DNA of 64,000 nt from positions 268,189-332,188 of the forward strand of contig JALDTO010000206.1 of NCBI GenBank assembly GCA_023515725.1, written 5' to 3'. The notes under the pieces are model-generated. The model saw nothing but the letters and a program-made list of their open reading frames with translations. It was not told where the DNA came from and made no database searches. Source of the stretch: Amoeboaphelidium protococcarum X5 (Eukaryota > Fungi > Aphelidiomycota). Below, piece by piece: positions 1 through 11,309 of this stretch. Each line of letters starts with the position of its first letter. Within the stretch, counting starts at the first letter, position 1. The translations under genes were made by a program, and so were the position numbers.

Positions 1-575
1 TAATGCATGTAACTAACTTTCTAGAATCATACAGGGAACATTGTAAGTCATCAGCTACTGTTCAATTATGTAATGAGTATCTAAACTCCCTGGCAATTAG
101 AGCTACAAGGCAGCCGCTTTCAAATCTGATGTCAATTTTCGCGTCTATTGCGCATAAACATGAAGCCAATTCCGAGGCATTTAAACCAGCTCTTTATTAG
201 ATTATAGACAAGTATCATGAAATGATATACAGACATTACGAGGCGTAAAAGAGCATACAGAATATGAGAGATTTTACAAGCCAAGATCCACAGATACTAA
301 TACACGCCGCGATTAGCTCTTTTAAAATTCGACACCACTGATACCTTTTAAATCGGACAGTGAATCCATAAGCGACTCAGTAATCATTGACACTTATCAG
401 ACTTTCGATAAATAGTTTACGGCAATCTTATCTAAAGCCTTCTGATAACATCATTCAATTGAACACTGGGCAATATCAATAGTTGATTCCTCAGGCGTTA
501 CTCAACGCTGGAATGTAACGAAATAGAATCTAATTAACTATTTTTAGTTATCAAACTATGTTATGAAGTTAACAT
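1..575 (-). CDS. Ydc2/Cce1-like (RuvC-fold) Holliday-junction resolvase, 3' end outside window; apparent 1-nt frameshift near 386
   Basis: Minus frame from ATG 387 reads RVLVSVDLGLQNLSYSV...HYIIEQQ...ILESQLHAL (TAR=Q), matching the RuvC/Ydc2 motifs SxDxGxxN and IEQQ. An upstream 63-aa segment (575-384, SAP-like) ends at a TGA that overlaps this ATG. Confidence 0.6.
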
Positions 576-1034
576 ATCTTTCAGACGCCAAGCGATAGAT
601 TTAAATAGCAGTTTATTATGCTATGAATTTAGACTCGCCATACTATGCTACCCTTTTCAGTTAAATACAAGAATCTCTAAAACTTGAAACAAAGAGACTC
701 ACACAGCGAGAAAAAGAGAGAGAGCAAACACAGTAAAATATAAAATAAAGGAGCAAGCTGCTTTTCCATAACGCGCGCGCGAGAGACTCCCAGTCGTCGC
801 CGAATAAAGTAGCAGCCGCCACCGGGGAAAGAGACAGACCAGTAGAGAGAGAGAGTGGAGAACAGTTGACCGAAACCTTTTCGGTGAAATTCTAAAAAAT
901 CGCGCGATCGTCGCCGTCAAAAGTCGTGAAAGTTCAAGTAGAAATCCATCCACAGCGCACCGCATTCCTTCTTCAATCATCACCTATCCTCACTGATAAT
1001 ACTATACCTGGACGCGTCTGTTTATACAATAAAT

Positions 1035-1990
1035 ATGGGATTCACAAACTTGCACTAGGAATCTGGACTTGCTGTCCTCAATGAGTACCTCAAGGATAAG
1101 AGCTACATTGTTGGGTAGGAATTTTCTTTTTGTGTTTGATCAGATTCTTTTGCTCAATGGCTATAACAGTGGCGTCACATTGTTATTAACTCGTGGAATG
1201 TAACGAGTATGTCAAATGGAGAAGCAGATTATGATGTGATTATTGGTCCGTGTTACTGACGTGATGTTTGACGACAAACCTTCCAATTCTGAATCTGCTA
1301 CCTCCATGTGGCGCGTTATTATGCTCATTCTGCATTAGAATCTGATCATAGACTTGTACTAATTGCAAATGTTATTCATTTTCATGATTTTTATTATGTA
1401 GATTCGTTCCATCTGTGGCTGACCTTGAAGTTATCGCTGCACTCCACGGCGCACCTGATGCTAAATTTAACAATGCTCTCAGATGGTATAAACAGATTAC
1501 CTCATACTCTGAGGAGGAGAAGAAGTCATTCCCTGGAGAGAAGAAGGGCGGTGCTAATGCATATGGTCCATCAGAGACTGAGGCTAAGGCTGCTGCAGCT
1601 GATGAAGATGACCTGGATCTGTTTGGCTCTGATGATGAGGAGCAGGATGCAGAGGCTGAGAAGGAGAAGCAGAAGCGTCTGGCTGAATACAATGCTCGTA
1701 AGGCTGCAAAGCCAAAGGTTATTGCCAAGTCTTCCATCGTGTTGGATGTCAAGCCATGGGACGATGAGACTGACATGAAGGCTCTGGAGGAGGGTGTGCG
1801 TAAGATCTCAATGGACGGTCTGCTGTGGGGTGCCTCCAAGTTGGTGCCAGTCGGTTATGGTATCAGGAAGTTGCAGATTATGTGTGTCGTTGAAGATGAC
1901 AAGGTGTCTGTCGATGACCTGAGTGATCAGATCCTTGAGCTGGAAGACTATGCTCAGTCTGTCGATGTGGCTGCCTTCCAGAAGATTTGA
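1035..1990 (+). CDS. EFB1: Translation elongation factor 1-beta; exons 1035-1114 and 1402-1990
   Basis: [27 protein letters not shown]|FVPS...DLFGSDDE...[17 protein letters not shown]...DVAAFQKI*; GT-AG intron 1115-1401. Confidence 0.97.
1223..1299 (+). ncRNA. snR18: Intronic C/D-box snoRNA, U18/snR18 homologue
   Basis: Terminal stem AGCAGAT/ATCTGCT, C-like box ATGATGT (1231), D' CTGA (1256), C' GTGATGT (1261), D CTGA (1289). The guide TTGGTCCGTGTT is complementary to LSU rRNA AACACGGACCAA. Yeast snR18 also lies in the EFB1 intron. Confidence 0.9.
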
Positions 1991-2385
1991 TTATTATCTA
2001 ATTAACGTCACACAATCTTTCTCCTTATAGCGGTAGAAGATTATTATAAAATGAAATCAAATCACATATATAAATTGGCTCTATTATGATACACTCTTAC
2101 CTTTTTATGAGTGCTCGTTATGCGCCACTCTTCTTTTTTGGGACGATTCGCGCGGGATTGGAACGCGTCGTCTTCCCTCTTGCTTAACTCGAATATAGTT
2201 GTTTCAGCGATAGATTGCGCGTTAAAATTGCTCGATTAGGAACTCTACGAATTCATCCTCACCCCACTGGGCTTATAATCTTTCTTGTTTTATGTGCATT
2301 ACTCTGCGCGATTTCTTGCGGTGCCTTGTTGAATACAATATTCTTGATTGATAACTTCTATCATACTGTATACGGGAATATATAT

Positions 2386-4113
2386 ATGCTTAGAGTAAGA
2401 GGAAATGAAGTGTTTACTTCTAGAGTGAAGCCGAGTCATTCGCATTTGGAAGATATCCTGCTGGAGAAGAGATAGCGAAATTAGTAAAGTCAAGTCAGAT
2501 TCATTGTTGCGTGTGCTGTTCTGCTCATCTGTTTGTGGAGTTTTGTTACCTATTGCATTTGGAACTATGTAAAGTTGACTGAAGATCGTGATGCTTTTGA
2601 TTTTGCCTCAGAGTTTCGTGTATAGTCGCGATTGAATTTATTTAATTCACATTAGTAGCGGAATAGTACAGTTTTGGTGGCGGTTGATGAGAGTGATCTG
2701 GCAGAATATCCATTTATACTTCGACTTATTGACAATCTTTAATAGTAACCGAATACCACAGTCATACCTCTGCTCATCCATCAGTCATCGCTGGGAACGG
2801 TGAAGAGCAATGTACTAAGCGAACACCGAAAGATTCATAATTTTATTAATGGCTCATCCTGTCAAGTATTATAATTCAAATACATATCATAGTCTGTTGC
2901 TGTTAAAATATGGCCCGAACTTGTAAAATTATACTCGGCGAAATTGATAATCGCGTCAGAGATGTTACCACTTAAAACTACGCCTGAAGTTGATACAATC
3001 CAAGTTAGCGCTCAAGATTGGCAGAATATGCATTGGTTCGGATAACTCAGTGTTCACTCTATTACAAAATGGCGTGTACCTAGAATTGAGATCAAGATCA
3101 TAACTTTTAATCGACCATAGTCTCTGCATAGACTTCTCACTTCTCTTCTCAATGCCGATTATGTGGGAGATGCTGTTGACGTGGAGATTGGTATAGAAGC
3201 ATTGGCTGATGGCAAGACTATCAAAGTGGCTGAATCTTTCGCAAATGTATGGCCTTATGGACAAGTGAGATTAAGGCGTAGAGTAATGCCAGCAGGATTA
3301 TTTACATCTATTGTCGAAAGTTGGTATCCAGTAGATAATCATTCATACGCAGTTTTGTTAGAGGATGATATTGAAGTCTCACCTCTATTCTATGTTTGGC
3401 TTAAATTGAATTTACTCAAGTACAGATACTCACAGATATAGTTGCCATCCATATCTTAGCTCTACGGAATAAGCTTGTATACTCCTAAAGTGCATGAAGT
3501 TACTTATCCGAAGCGGAAATTTCGTGCTGATGAAGAAATCATTCCCCAATTCTCACCATTCCTCTTTCAAGTTCCGTGCTCATGGGGAGCTCTGTATTTT
3601 CCAGAGGTATGGCGTTAATTTCATTCATACCTAAAAGATAGAGATCCCATGTCTTTGGATAGTCATTCTGGTGCCAAGTCTGATGTTGTCATTCCGAAAT
3701 CACGGTCCAATGTATGGCGTCAATCATGGAAGAAGTTCTTTATAGAGTTGGTCTATCGTCACGGTCTTGTAATGCTGTATCCGAATTTCAAGAATCAAAG
3801 CAGCTTTAGTACTAATCACCTAGAGGCGGGAACTCATATCTCTGATGGGTTGAAGCGTGCACTGATTTCCAGTTTCTAAGTACCTCTGATCAACAGAACG
3901 CGAGTAGAATTGACATTTGACTCTCGCTGCTAAATTGTCTCATAATCATCATCATCATCATCATCATAATCTCTGAATGCTTCTGCTTCCTTGTGGGATT
4001 TACCATTGGCAAAGCTTCCGAATTATGACGCGTTACCGACTTGGGATCTCTTTGGTAAGAATGCAACATTGGAATCTCTCATTCAAAATGGTAAAAGTCT
4101 GAGTTCTGTATGA
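2386..4113 (+). CDS. Type II membrane GT-A fold glycosyltransferase-like protein (575 aa)
   Basis: One frame under TAR=Q; N-terminal TM FIVACAVLLICLWSFVTYCIW; motifs IVESWYP, VLLEDDIEVSP, GISLYTP, QVPCSWGA, LVMLYPNF. Confidence 0.8.
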
Positions 4114-4436
4114 TTTTGTATGCTTTCATTAATATCATTGTCTTAACTTTCTATTATGCAGTTCTATGTATGTGCTAGATTAACTTTAAATAACTTGCGC
4201 AACCTAAATATTATCAGCAGATTACTTGTACAATACAGACTGAACTGCAGTAAAACTACTTTCAATCGATCGTCTTTGTGAAACGCGTCTGAAACAGTCG
4301 CGCCTAAAAACGGAAAATTTCGTTGTTCATCGGCCTCTCTTCTCTCTTCATCGTGCTATTTCTATTCAAACTGTAGTAACTTTTGTATATACTCTATTTA
4401 CGGATATTCATTTATTTTGTGTAACTGAGGGGTATA

Positions 4437-7400
4437 ATGACTGCTGATACTACTTAGAGCAAGAAAAAGACTGAATTGCTAGAGGCTAAACTGGATCTGG
4501 AGAAGCAAAAGGTGAAAGATACTGTGGACAGATACAATTTCCTCCTGGGTCAGACGTCTCTATTCTCTCACTTTATCAAGAGCAAGGGATTGATGTCATC
4601 GGACAATGCTGGTAAGAAAGCTGAATCTAGTGGCGATTCCAGAGGCAAAGGTAAGAAGGACGCCAATGCAAGACGTGGTAGAAAGACTGAGAAGGAGGAA
4701 GATGAAGAGTTGCTATAAGACGAGATTGCGGAAGAAGATAGCAGTAAACCAAATGGCGCCGTGGCAGCTGAGACTGTATTCACTAGTTCACCTGCTTACA
4801 TAAAGAATGGATAGATGAGAGATTACCAAGTGCAAGGTTTAAATTGGATGATTTCACTGTTTGAACATGGTATCAATGGTATCCTGGCTGATGAAATGGG
4901 CCTCGGCAAAACTTGTCAGACTATCTCTTTTCTAGGATATCTGAAGCATTTTCGCAATACTCCTGGCCCTAATTTAGTTCTAGTTCCCAAGTCCACTCTG
5001 CAGAATTGGGTCAATGAATTCAACAGATGGATTCCTGATTTTAAAGTTTTCCTATTCCACGGTAGTAAAGAGGAGAGACAGTAGATGATCAATAATGAGC
5101 TCTTTGGTAATGAGTGGGAAGTGATGGTCACTTCGTATGAGACATGCCTTTCTGAAAAGGCTTAGCTGAGAAAGTTTGCCTGGCAGTACATTGTGATCGA
5201 TGAAGCGCATCGTATCAAGAATGAGAATAGTCTCCTGTCTTAGATTGTCCGCACATTCACTTGTCGTAATAGATTGCTTATTACAGGAACTCCTTTGTAG
5301 AATAATCTGCGTGAGTTGTGGGCTCTGCTCAACTTTCTTCTACCTGACATCTTCACCACTTATGAGGAGTTTGATGAGTATCTATAAAGTAGTGACAAGA
5401 ATGATGATTAGGATGATGTTGTGAAGTAATTGCATGCCGTGCTGCGTCCCTTCCTTCTGCGTAGACTGAAGGCCGATGTTGAGAAGAGTCTGCTGCCTAA
5501 GAAGAAGATCAATTTGTATGTGGGCATGTCTGAGATGTAGAAGTAGTGGTATCAGAAGATTTTGAGTAAGGACGTTGAAGGTGTAAACGGTGCAGTCAAG
5601 GATTCTCGTGAAGGCAAAACACGTCTGTTGAACATTGTAATGTAGCTGAGAAAGTGCTGCAATCATCCATATCTATTTGATGGTGCCGAACCTGGTCCGC
5701 CTTTTACCACCGATTAGCATTTAATTGATAATGCCGGTAAACTTGCTCTTTTGGACAAGCTGCTCGTTGCAATGAAAGCCAAGGGATCAAGAGTGTTGAT
5801 ATTCTCGTAGATGAGTCGTATGTTGGATATCTTAGAGGACTATTGCATCTGGAAAGAGTATGACTACTGCCGCCTGGATGGGCAAACTGCTCACGAAGAT
5901 AGAATCAGAGACATTGATGAATTTAACAAGCCCAATAGTAAAAAGTTCATCTTTCTACTTACAACTAGAGCTGGTGGCCTTGGTATCAATTTAGCTACTG
6001 CGGACACTGTGGTTATGTATGACTCTGACTGGAATCCTTAAGTTGATCTTCAAGCTGAAGATAGAGCGCATCGAATTGGTTAAAAGAAATAGGTGTATAT
6101 ATTCCGTTTTGTTACGGAAAATGCAATTGAAGAGAAAGTCATCGAGAGAGCAGCCAGTAAGCTGAGACTGGATTAACTTGTCATTTAGCAAGGTAGAGTG
6201 GCGAACTAGAACAAGACTCTTTCTAAGAATGAGCTTGTGTCAATGATTCAGCATGGCGCTGACAAGATTTTGAATTCCAGTGGCAGTTCTATCAAATTGG
6301 ATGAGAGTATTGATGATATTATTAAGAAGGGTGAAGAGAGAACGGCGCAGTTGGACAAGAAGTTTCTGTAACTTGGTCTGGATGATCTGTAAAACTTTTC
6401 CCTTGAGGCTGGTAGTATGTATGAGTTTGAAGGAAAAGACTTTAGTAATACCAATCAACAAAAGAGTAAGGACTCATCAGCTGTTGGGTTTGGTTGGATA
6501 GCACCTGCGAGACGTGAACGTAAGACTGCTGGTTATTCCATTGATGAATATTACAGGCAATAGATGCATGCTAATTCTAAGGGAGCTGAGGCTAAAGTAC
6601 CCCGTCCGCCAAAGTAGATCTTTATTCAAGATCACCAGTTCTATCCTCAACGTTTGGTTGAATTACAAAAGCGCGAGTTGTATGCATACTGGAAGGAGGT
6701 CAACTATAAAGTTCCTGTTAGTGATCCTCCAACAGAAGAAGAGCTGGAAGAGCAACGCAAAGTTGATGAGTCCGTCCCATTGACTGAGCAGGAAAAAGAA
6801 GAAATGGACCATTTGCGCTCTCATGGCTTTAGCAATTGGCTGAAGAGAGATTTCTGGGCCTTTGTACGTGGCTGTGAAAAGTTTGGTCGCAATAATTATG
6901 AGGGAATTGCTAGTGAAGTTGAGACTAAGTCTGTTGATGAAGTTAAAGAGTATGCAGCCTAGTTTTGGGAAAAGTATTAGGATATTTCAGATTATGAAAC
7001 TATTATGGACAGAATTAATCGTGGTGAAGAGAAGATCCGCAAACGCGATTAGATCCAAGAGACCCTTTCTAATATTGTCGCCTAGTACAAGTTTCCGTTG
7101 TAGTAGTTGTACATCAACTATGGTCAGACTACCAAGGCACGCTCTTTCAGTGAGGAAGAGGATCGCTTTCTGATTGTTGGGTTATAAAAGTATGGATACA
7201 ATACAGATGATGTGTATGAACTGATCCGTCGTGATATTCGCGCCCATCCTGCGTTCCGCTTTGATTGGTTTATTAAGAGTAGAACTAGTACTGAGCTCTC
7301 TCGTCGCTGCAATACTCTTATCAATCTGTTGATGAAAGATATGAATTAGAACTATGGGAATAACGTTGAAGATGAGAATTCCGAGGCTGTTAGCGGGAAG

Positions 7401-7511
7401 AGAAAGAGCACCAACGCCACTCCTTTGAATGGAAGTCAAAATAGTATAACCGCGCTGAATGGAGATTCCAATTCCCAGCAGCAGAAGAAGGCAAAGAAGG
7501 TGAAGACTTGA
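4437..7511 (+). CDS. ISW2: ISWI-family SNF2 chromatin-remodelling ATPase (1024 aa)
   Basis: [44 protein letters not shown], then a HAND-SANT-SLIDE region. The conserved Gln residues are encoded by TAG/TAA. ISW1 vs ISW2 is not resolved. Confidence 0.96.
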
Positions 7512-8245
7512 AAGATGATTGAATAATATGTTGTATAATGTGATATCTTCATTTATTACCCCCATTTATCGGATATTTCTCGTTCTAAACAACTTAAACA
7601 GTCCTATTCTGAAACTATTTCGAACTGGCTGTTTGCGCTTTATATCAAACCGTTTCGGATTTTAAATCAACAATGATGACCAAACACCTTGCACCAGGTC
7701 TTTCATTACGATGTCATAGTAATGTCGCGCAAAAGCGCACACTTTGTTGAAAATTCGCCTGTAAGTCTACTAGCATTCTTTTTGCATGTCTGCAGGAAGT
7801 TCGTACGAAATATAGCTACAAGTGTCAAATTCGGAACAGTTCTAGGGATTGCGGAATTTTCACCGAGAGACTCTGAAATTCTATACTACTCCACGCTCAA
7901 AATATACAATTTTAACATGTGCCACTTTCAAATCTATAGCAGCGGGTCTTTAGGCATAACTATCGCTAGCAGCGAACTGTTGAGCTGAAACCGTGTTGAC
8001 GCGTTTCAGTCACTCACTCTCTCTCTTTATTATACAAGAGTTGAAACAACTGTAAAAATACTTGTTATATCTCATATTCACTTCACTCTCTTATACTATT
8101 CTTAACACGAACTGCGTCCGAACCATAGTCTTCTTCGAATCGAATAAACCAAATATTTCCTAAGTAAAGTCCCTTTGCACTTTTGATCACACCTTTTGAC
8201 CCTTTCCCAACTATCCTTTACTAAGTCGGACAGTTGTTGTTTGAG

Positions 8246-9915
8246 ATGATCTGTCGCGTCTCATCGCGTCGCCATATTTAGTTTGTCTTTGAATTCAAAG
8301 GCGTACTTGTTGAAGAAATATATCAAGCGGTATTGCCTAAATTGTTGCGCAGGAAGTCGCATCTGCTTGATAGATGGCACGAATGGAAAGCATTCGAGCC
8401 TTTAGTTAAATCTAACGACCTGCAGCTTGAGGTCCCTTATTAAAAGCACTTGAATTGTGAGGCAAGTTTTCAAGTCTACGTCTCTGGATCGGCTGTTGGA
8501 TTTAAGCAAGAAGGAGCGGATGATGCTGTTGTCCTACCAATTGAAAGGAATCCTAAATCCACCTGAAGACGACTGGCCCAAAGTAAGATTAAATGATACA
8601 GAATTAAAGATTGATTTTAGATCTCTGGTTGAGGAGATGATGCACTTGATGGTCACCTCTCGCCAATGAGTCTGGTGAGGTCTCACTGAATAAATTGAGG
8701 AATTTCACATGCGCTGATCCTTAGGATTTAAGAATAAATTACCATTGTGTAGCAAGTATACCTTGTATATACTAAGAATCTAAAGTAGTCAGTGCTGATG
8801 GTATGATTAAGAAGTTTAATTGGCAGTACTTTAATGCTAAAATTTATAGTAATTCTGGCAATTTACTGCCGTTAAGCAAATGCCAAGCGTGTGAAAAGGT
8901 TTCACATCGATCTCCAGGGAAGAGAGGTGGACAGCTCTGTCGAGATCTGGATAGTCTCTTGTAAGGGATTTGTGAAGAAAGGTCGCATAATGGCCTGCTG
9001 ACGTGCGCTGCTCATATCACCAAGGCGACGTAAAATTAGTGGCGCTTGAAGGCCGCTGGGCTGGATGATTATGCACTAATCGACAGCTAATTCATGCTGT
9101 TCCGTTCGCCTCTAAATCCATTGCTAGAGCATTGCTCGAAGATGCTTTCTGACTTTACCGGCGGAAAGTTTAACGCGAGTTAATGTAAGGACGTCTTTCT
9201 GAAGGTGGATCTCCCTTGGCAATAATCTGCTTCAGTAGACTTCCTGCTGAATGGTCCTTGTGGGATAGTTTGCCTGGAACTGGATCATGAATATCACCGA
9301 TCTAAAATGTTCGGGTTTCCTGATCCAAGATATCGTCATCTGTCCAGACATGATCCTGACGTTGAGCTTTGCAGAATGTTGGCAGTCTCCACACAATTAT
9401 TCAAGGCCACTGGTAAAAAAAGTGCGTGTTGCGGATTGGATATGGATTTCAATGATTTGGACGCGTCAATACTGAAGATCACGACGGCGCTCGATGATTT
9501 GTCGACTTTTTTGGCATTGGGAAATAACAATACTAAAGTCGTGAAATTGGAGGTTAGTGATGAATGCATTGAAGCATTTGAAAAAGTTGATTGATAATTC
9601 CTGTAGTATCTGCTGATCTCGTCCTTGTAGACTCCCAAAGAGAAAATGGACGCGCCGGGAACTCATTACAATAGTATCAGTTCAGCTAGAATCACATATC
9701 TGACTTCAGTCTTAGAAGTATGGAGTTGGAAAGTAGAGTAGTCTGTTGTGTCAAATCTAAGCAATTGCAGTCCTTATTGAAGGATTTAGAGGGAGTTGGG
9801 ATCAAGAAAGTTGTTGATGAGATAATCCTAAAGGTTTTTTCGAGCTTTAAGATCTCATACCAGCTTGTACGAGGAGGTTAAACACGATAGAAATCGAGAT
9901 ATAGTGATAAAGTGA
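8246..9915 (+). pseudogene. Disrupted gene for a Cys-rich protein with a Vsr/DUF559-like PD-(D/E)xK nuclease motif
   Basis: Open stretch 8650-9594 contains CxxC...C..H and VDFLLNGPCGIVCLELDHEYH...ELCRMLAVS. Upstream coding-like fragments lie in other frames (apparent shifts near 8455 and 8648), with in-frame TGAs downstream. Confidence 0.45.
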
Positions 9916-10247
9916 TTAAGTAAAAGGCCTCGTAATAATAATTCTCGTTAGATACAGCAGATAAGGTTCTCATATGCTATTTCACTGCATGAAAGCATCT
10001 GTGTAACTAGTAAGGCCATTATTGTTTCAAAAGCTTTCTCTTGCCATTATTAGCCTCCCTAAAATACACAAATCTTCACACTATTTAAACGTGTCTTTTA
10101 TCATTCACTGCTTTCTCCCACTTGCCTTTCATCATCCAATCACTGCAATACTTTGGCAGTCTCTGTATTTTGTTGTTAGCTATGTCCTTTGCGTATATAT
10201 ACTAACGGCTTGATACAATTTTGTGAAAACAGGTGAAAACCATGAAT

Positions 10248-10321
10248 CACTCCTTGGCGCAACTGGTAGTCGCGTCGGATTCCAAATCCGAAGGTTAAGA
10301 GTTCAAGTCTCTTAGGGGTCA
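10248..10321 (+). tRNA. tRNA-Trp (CCA)
   Basis: Cloverleaf with anticodon stem TCGGA/TCCGA and loop TTCCAAA (CCA at 10282-10284), T arm AAGAG-TTCAAGT-CTCTT, and a downstream T-run; C1:C72 mismatch. Confidence 0.9.
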
Positions 10322-10545
10322 TTTGACTTTCTTTTTTGACATGGCCGACATGGATTTTACTGGGCATTTATTCTTCGACTTTCAATAACGAGACAAAGTC
10401 GCCATAATTCATTTAAACCGTACTTTTGCCACTTAAAGAGTTTCCGATTGATCAACAAAATAGCAATACATAGTCAGTGTGGTCGCAAAAGACAAAGTAA
10501 AAAAGGGTACCCAACAGCTAGCGAGATACAATCTGTATGAACAAT

Positions 10546-11139
10546 TCATTGGCGACATATAACTCCCTCAAAGCAGTGACAACAGTCCTTCATGTATAAC
10601 TCATCTTTGCGCGGGATGTAGTAACATTCATCACATTGCAAACGGTACATTTTAAACAAATGCGCGCACTCTTCGCATAAAACGACACTCTCCACAGGAA
10701 TCGCCAATGTAGTAGGCTCTAAACTAACCATCTCTTTAAATCCCCAATTTATGGCATGTGCAAGCGTTGAATTTCCAAGATCATCAGATAAAACTTGTGC
10801 AATAGAGGACTTCACCTGCGACGGAGACGTGGCAGCCTTGCTATAAAATGCGTCATCTTGATGATGTAAATTAATCGGCACAATTCTAGGATCATTTATT
10901 GTAATTTAACAGCTTTAGCACACATAAACTGGCCGTTCCAATTACAGGTCTTCCGCACTATTGTTACCAGAAGACCGTTTGCCGCTACTGCCCACAGAAT
11001 TGGGATTCCTTCGAGTCCTCAATGTTCGTCGCTGCGGCCCATTATTAAAATCCTCTCTGGGGAAATCAGTATCCTACAAGCCTATCAAATTATTATCAGA
11101 GCCGGTTGGGGATTTAATTGGTTCAGATTTCTCACGCAT
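10546..11139 (-). CDS. Divergent Ash1-type GATA-like zinc-finger protein (197 aa)
   Basis: CQSC ... LCEECAHLFKMYRLQCDECYYIPRKDE...CCHC; same Cys module as the neighbouring gene. Confidence 0.7.
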
Positions 11140-11309
11140 ATTTCAAATTCACTTGAGGTTGACTTTTAGGTAAGAATAGAGATGAAAGAAAATAGCGCGA
11201 AAGTACGGCGAAGGATAAGGATATAGATGTTAATCTAAAACAATGCCAAATCTAAGTAAAAATGGTCTTTTAGAAAAGATTTAATGGAAATAGACACTAT
11301 ATACAAAAT

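Noticed and set aside
3-341. Plus-strand ORF at window start
   Set aside because: It is the shadow of the minus-strand resolvase-like gene, which carries recognisable motifs
8647-9780. UGA read-through (Trp/Sec) in the nuclease-like frame
   Set aside because: Frameshifts co-occur, so decay is the simpler explanation; the neighbouring tRNA-Trp has a normal 5-bp anticodon stem
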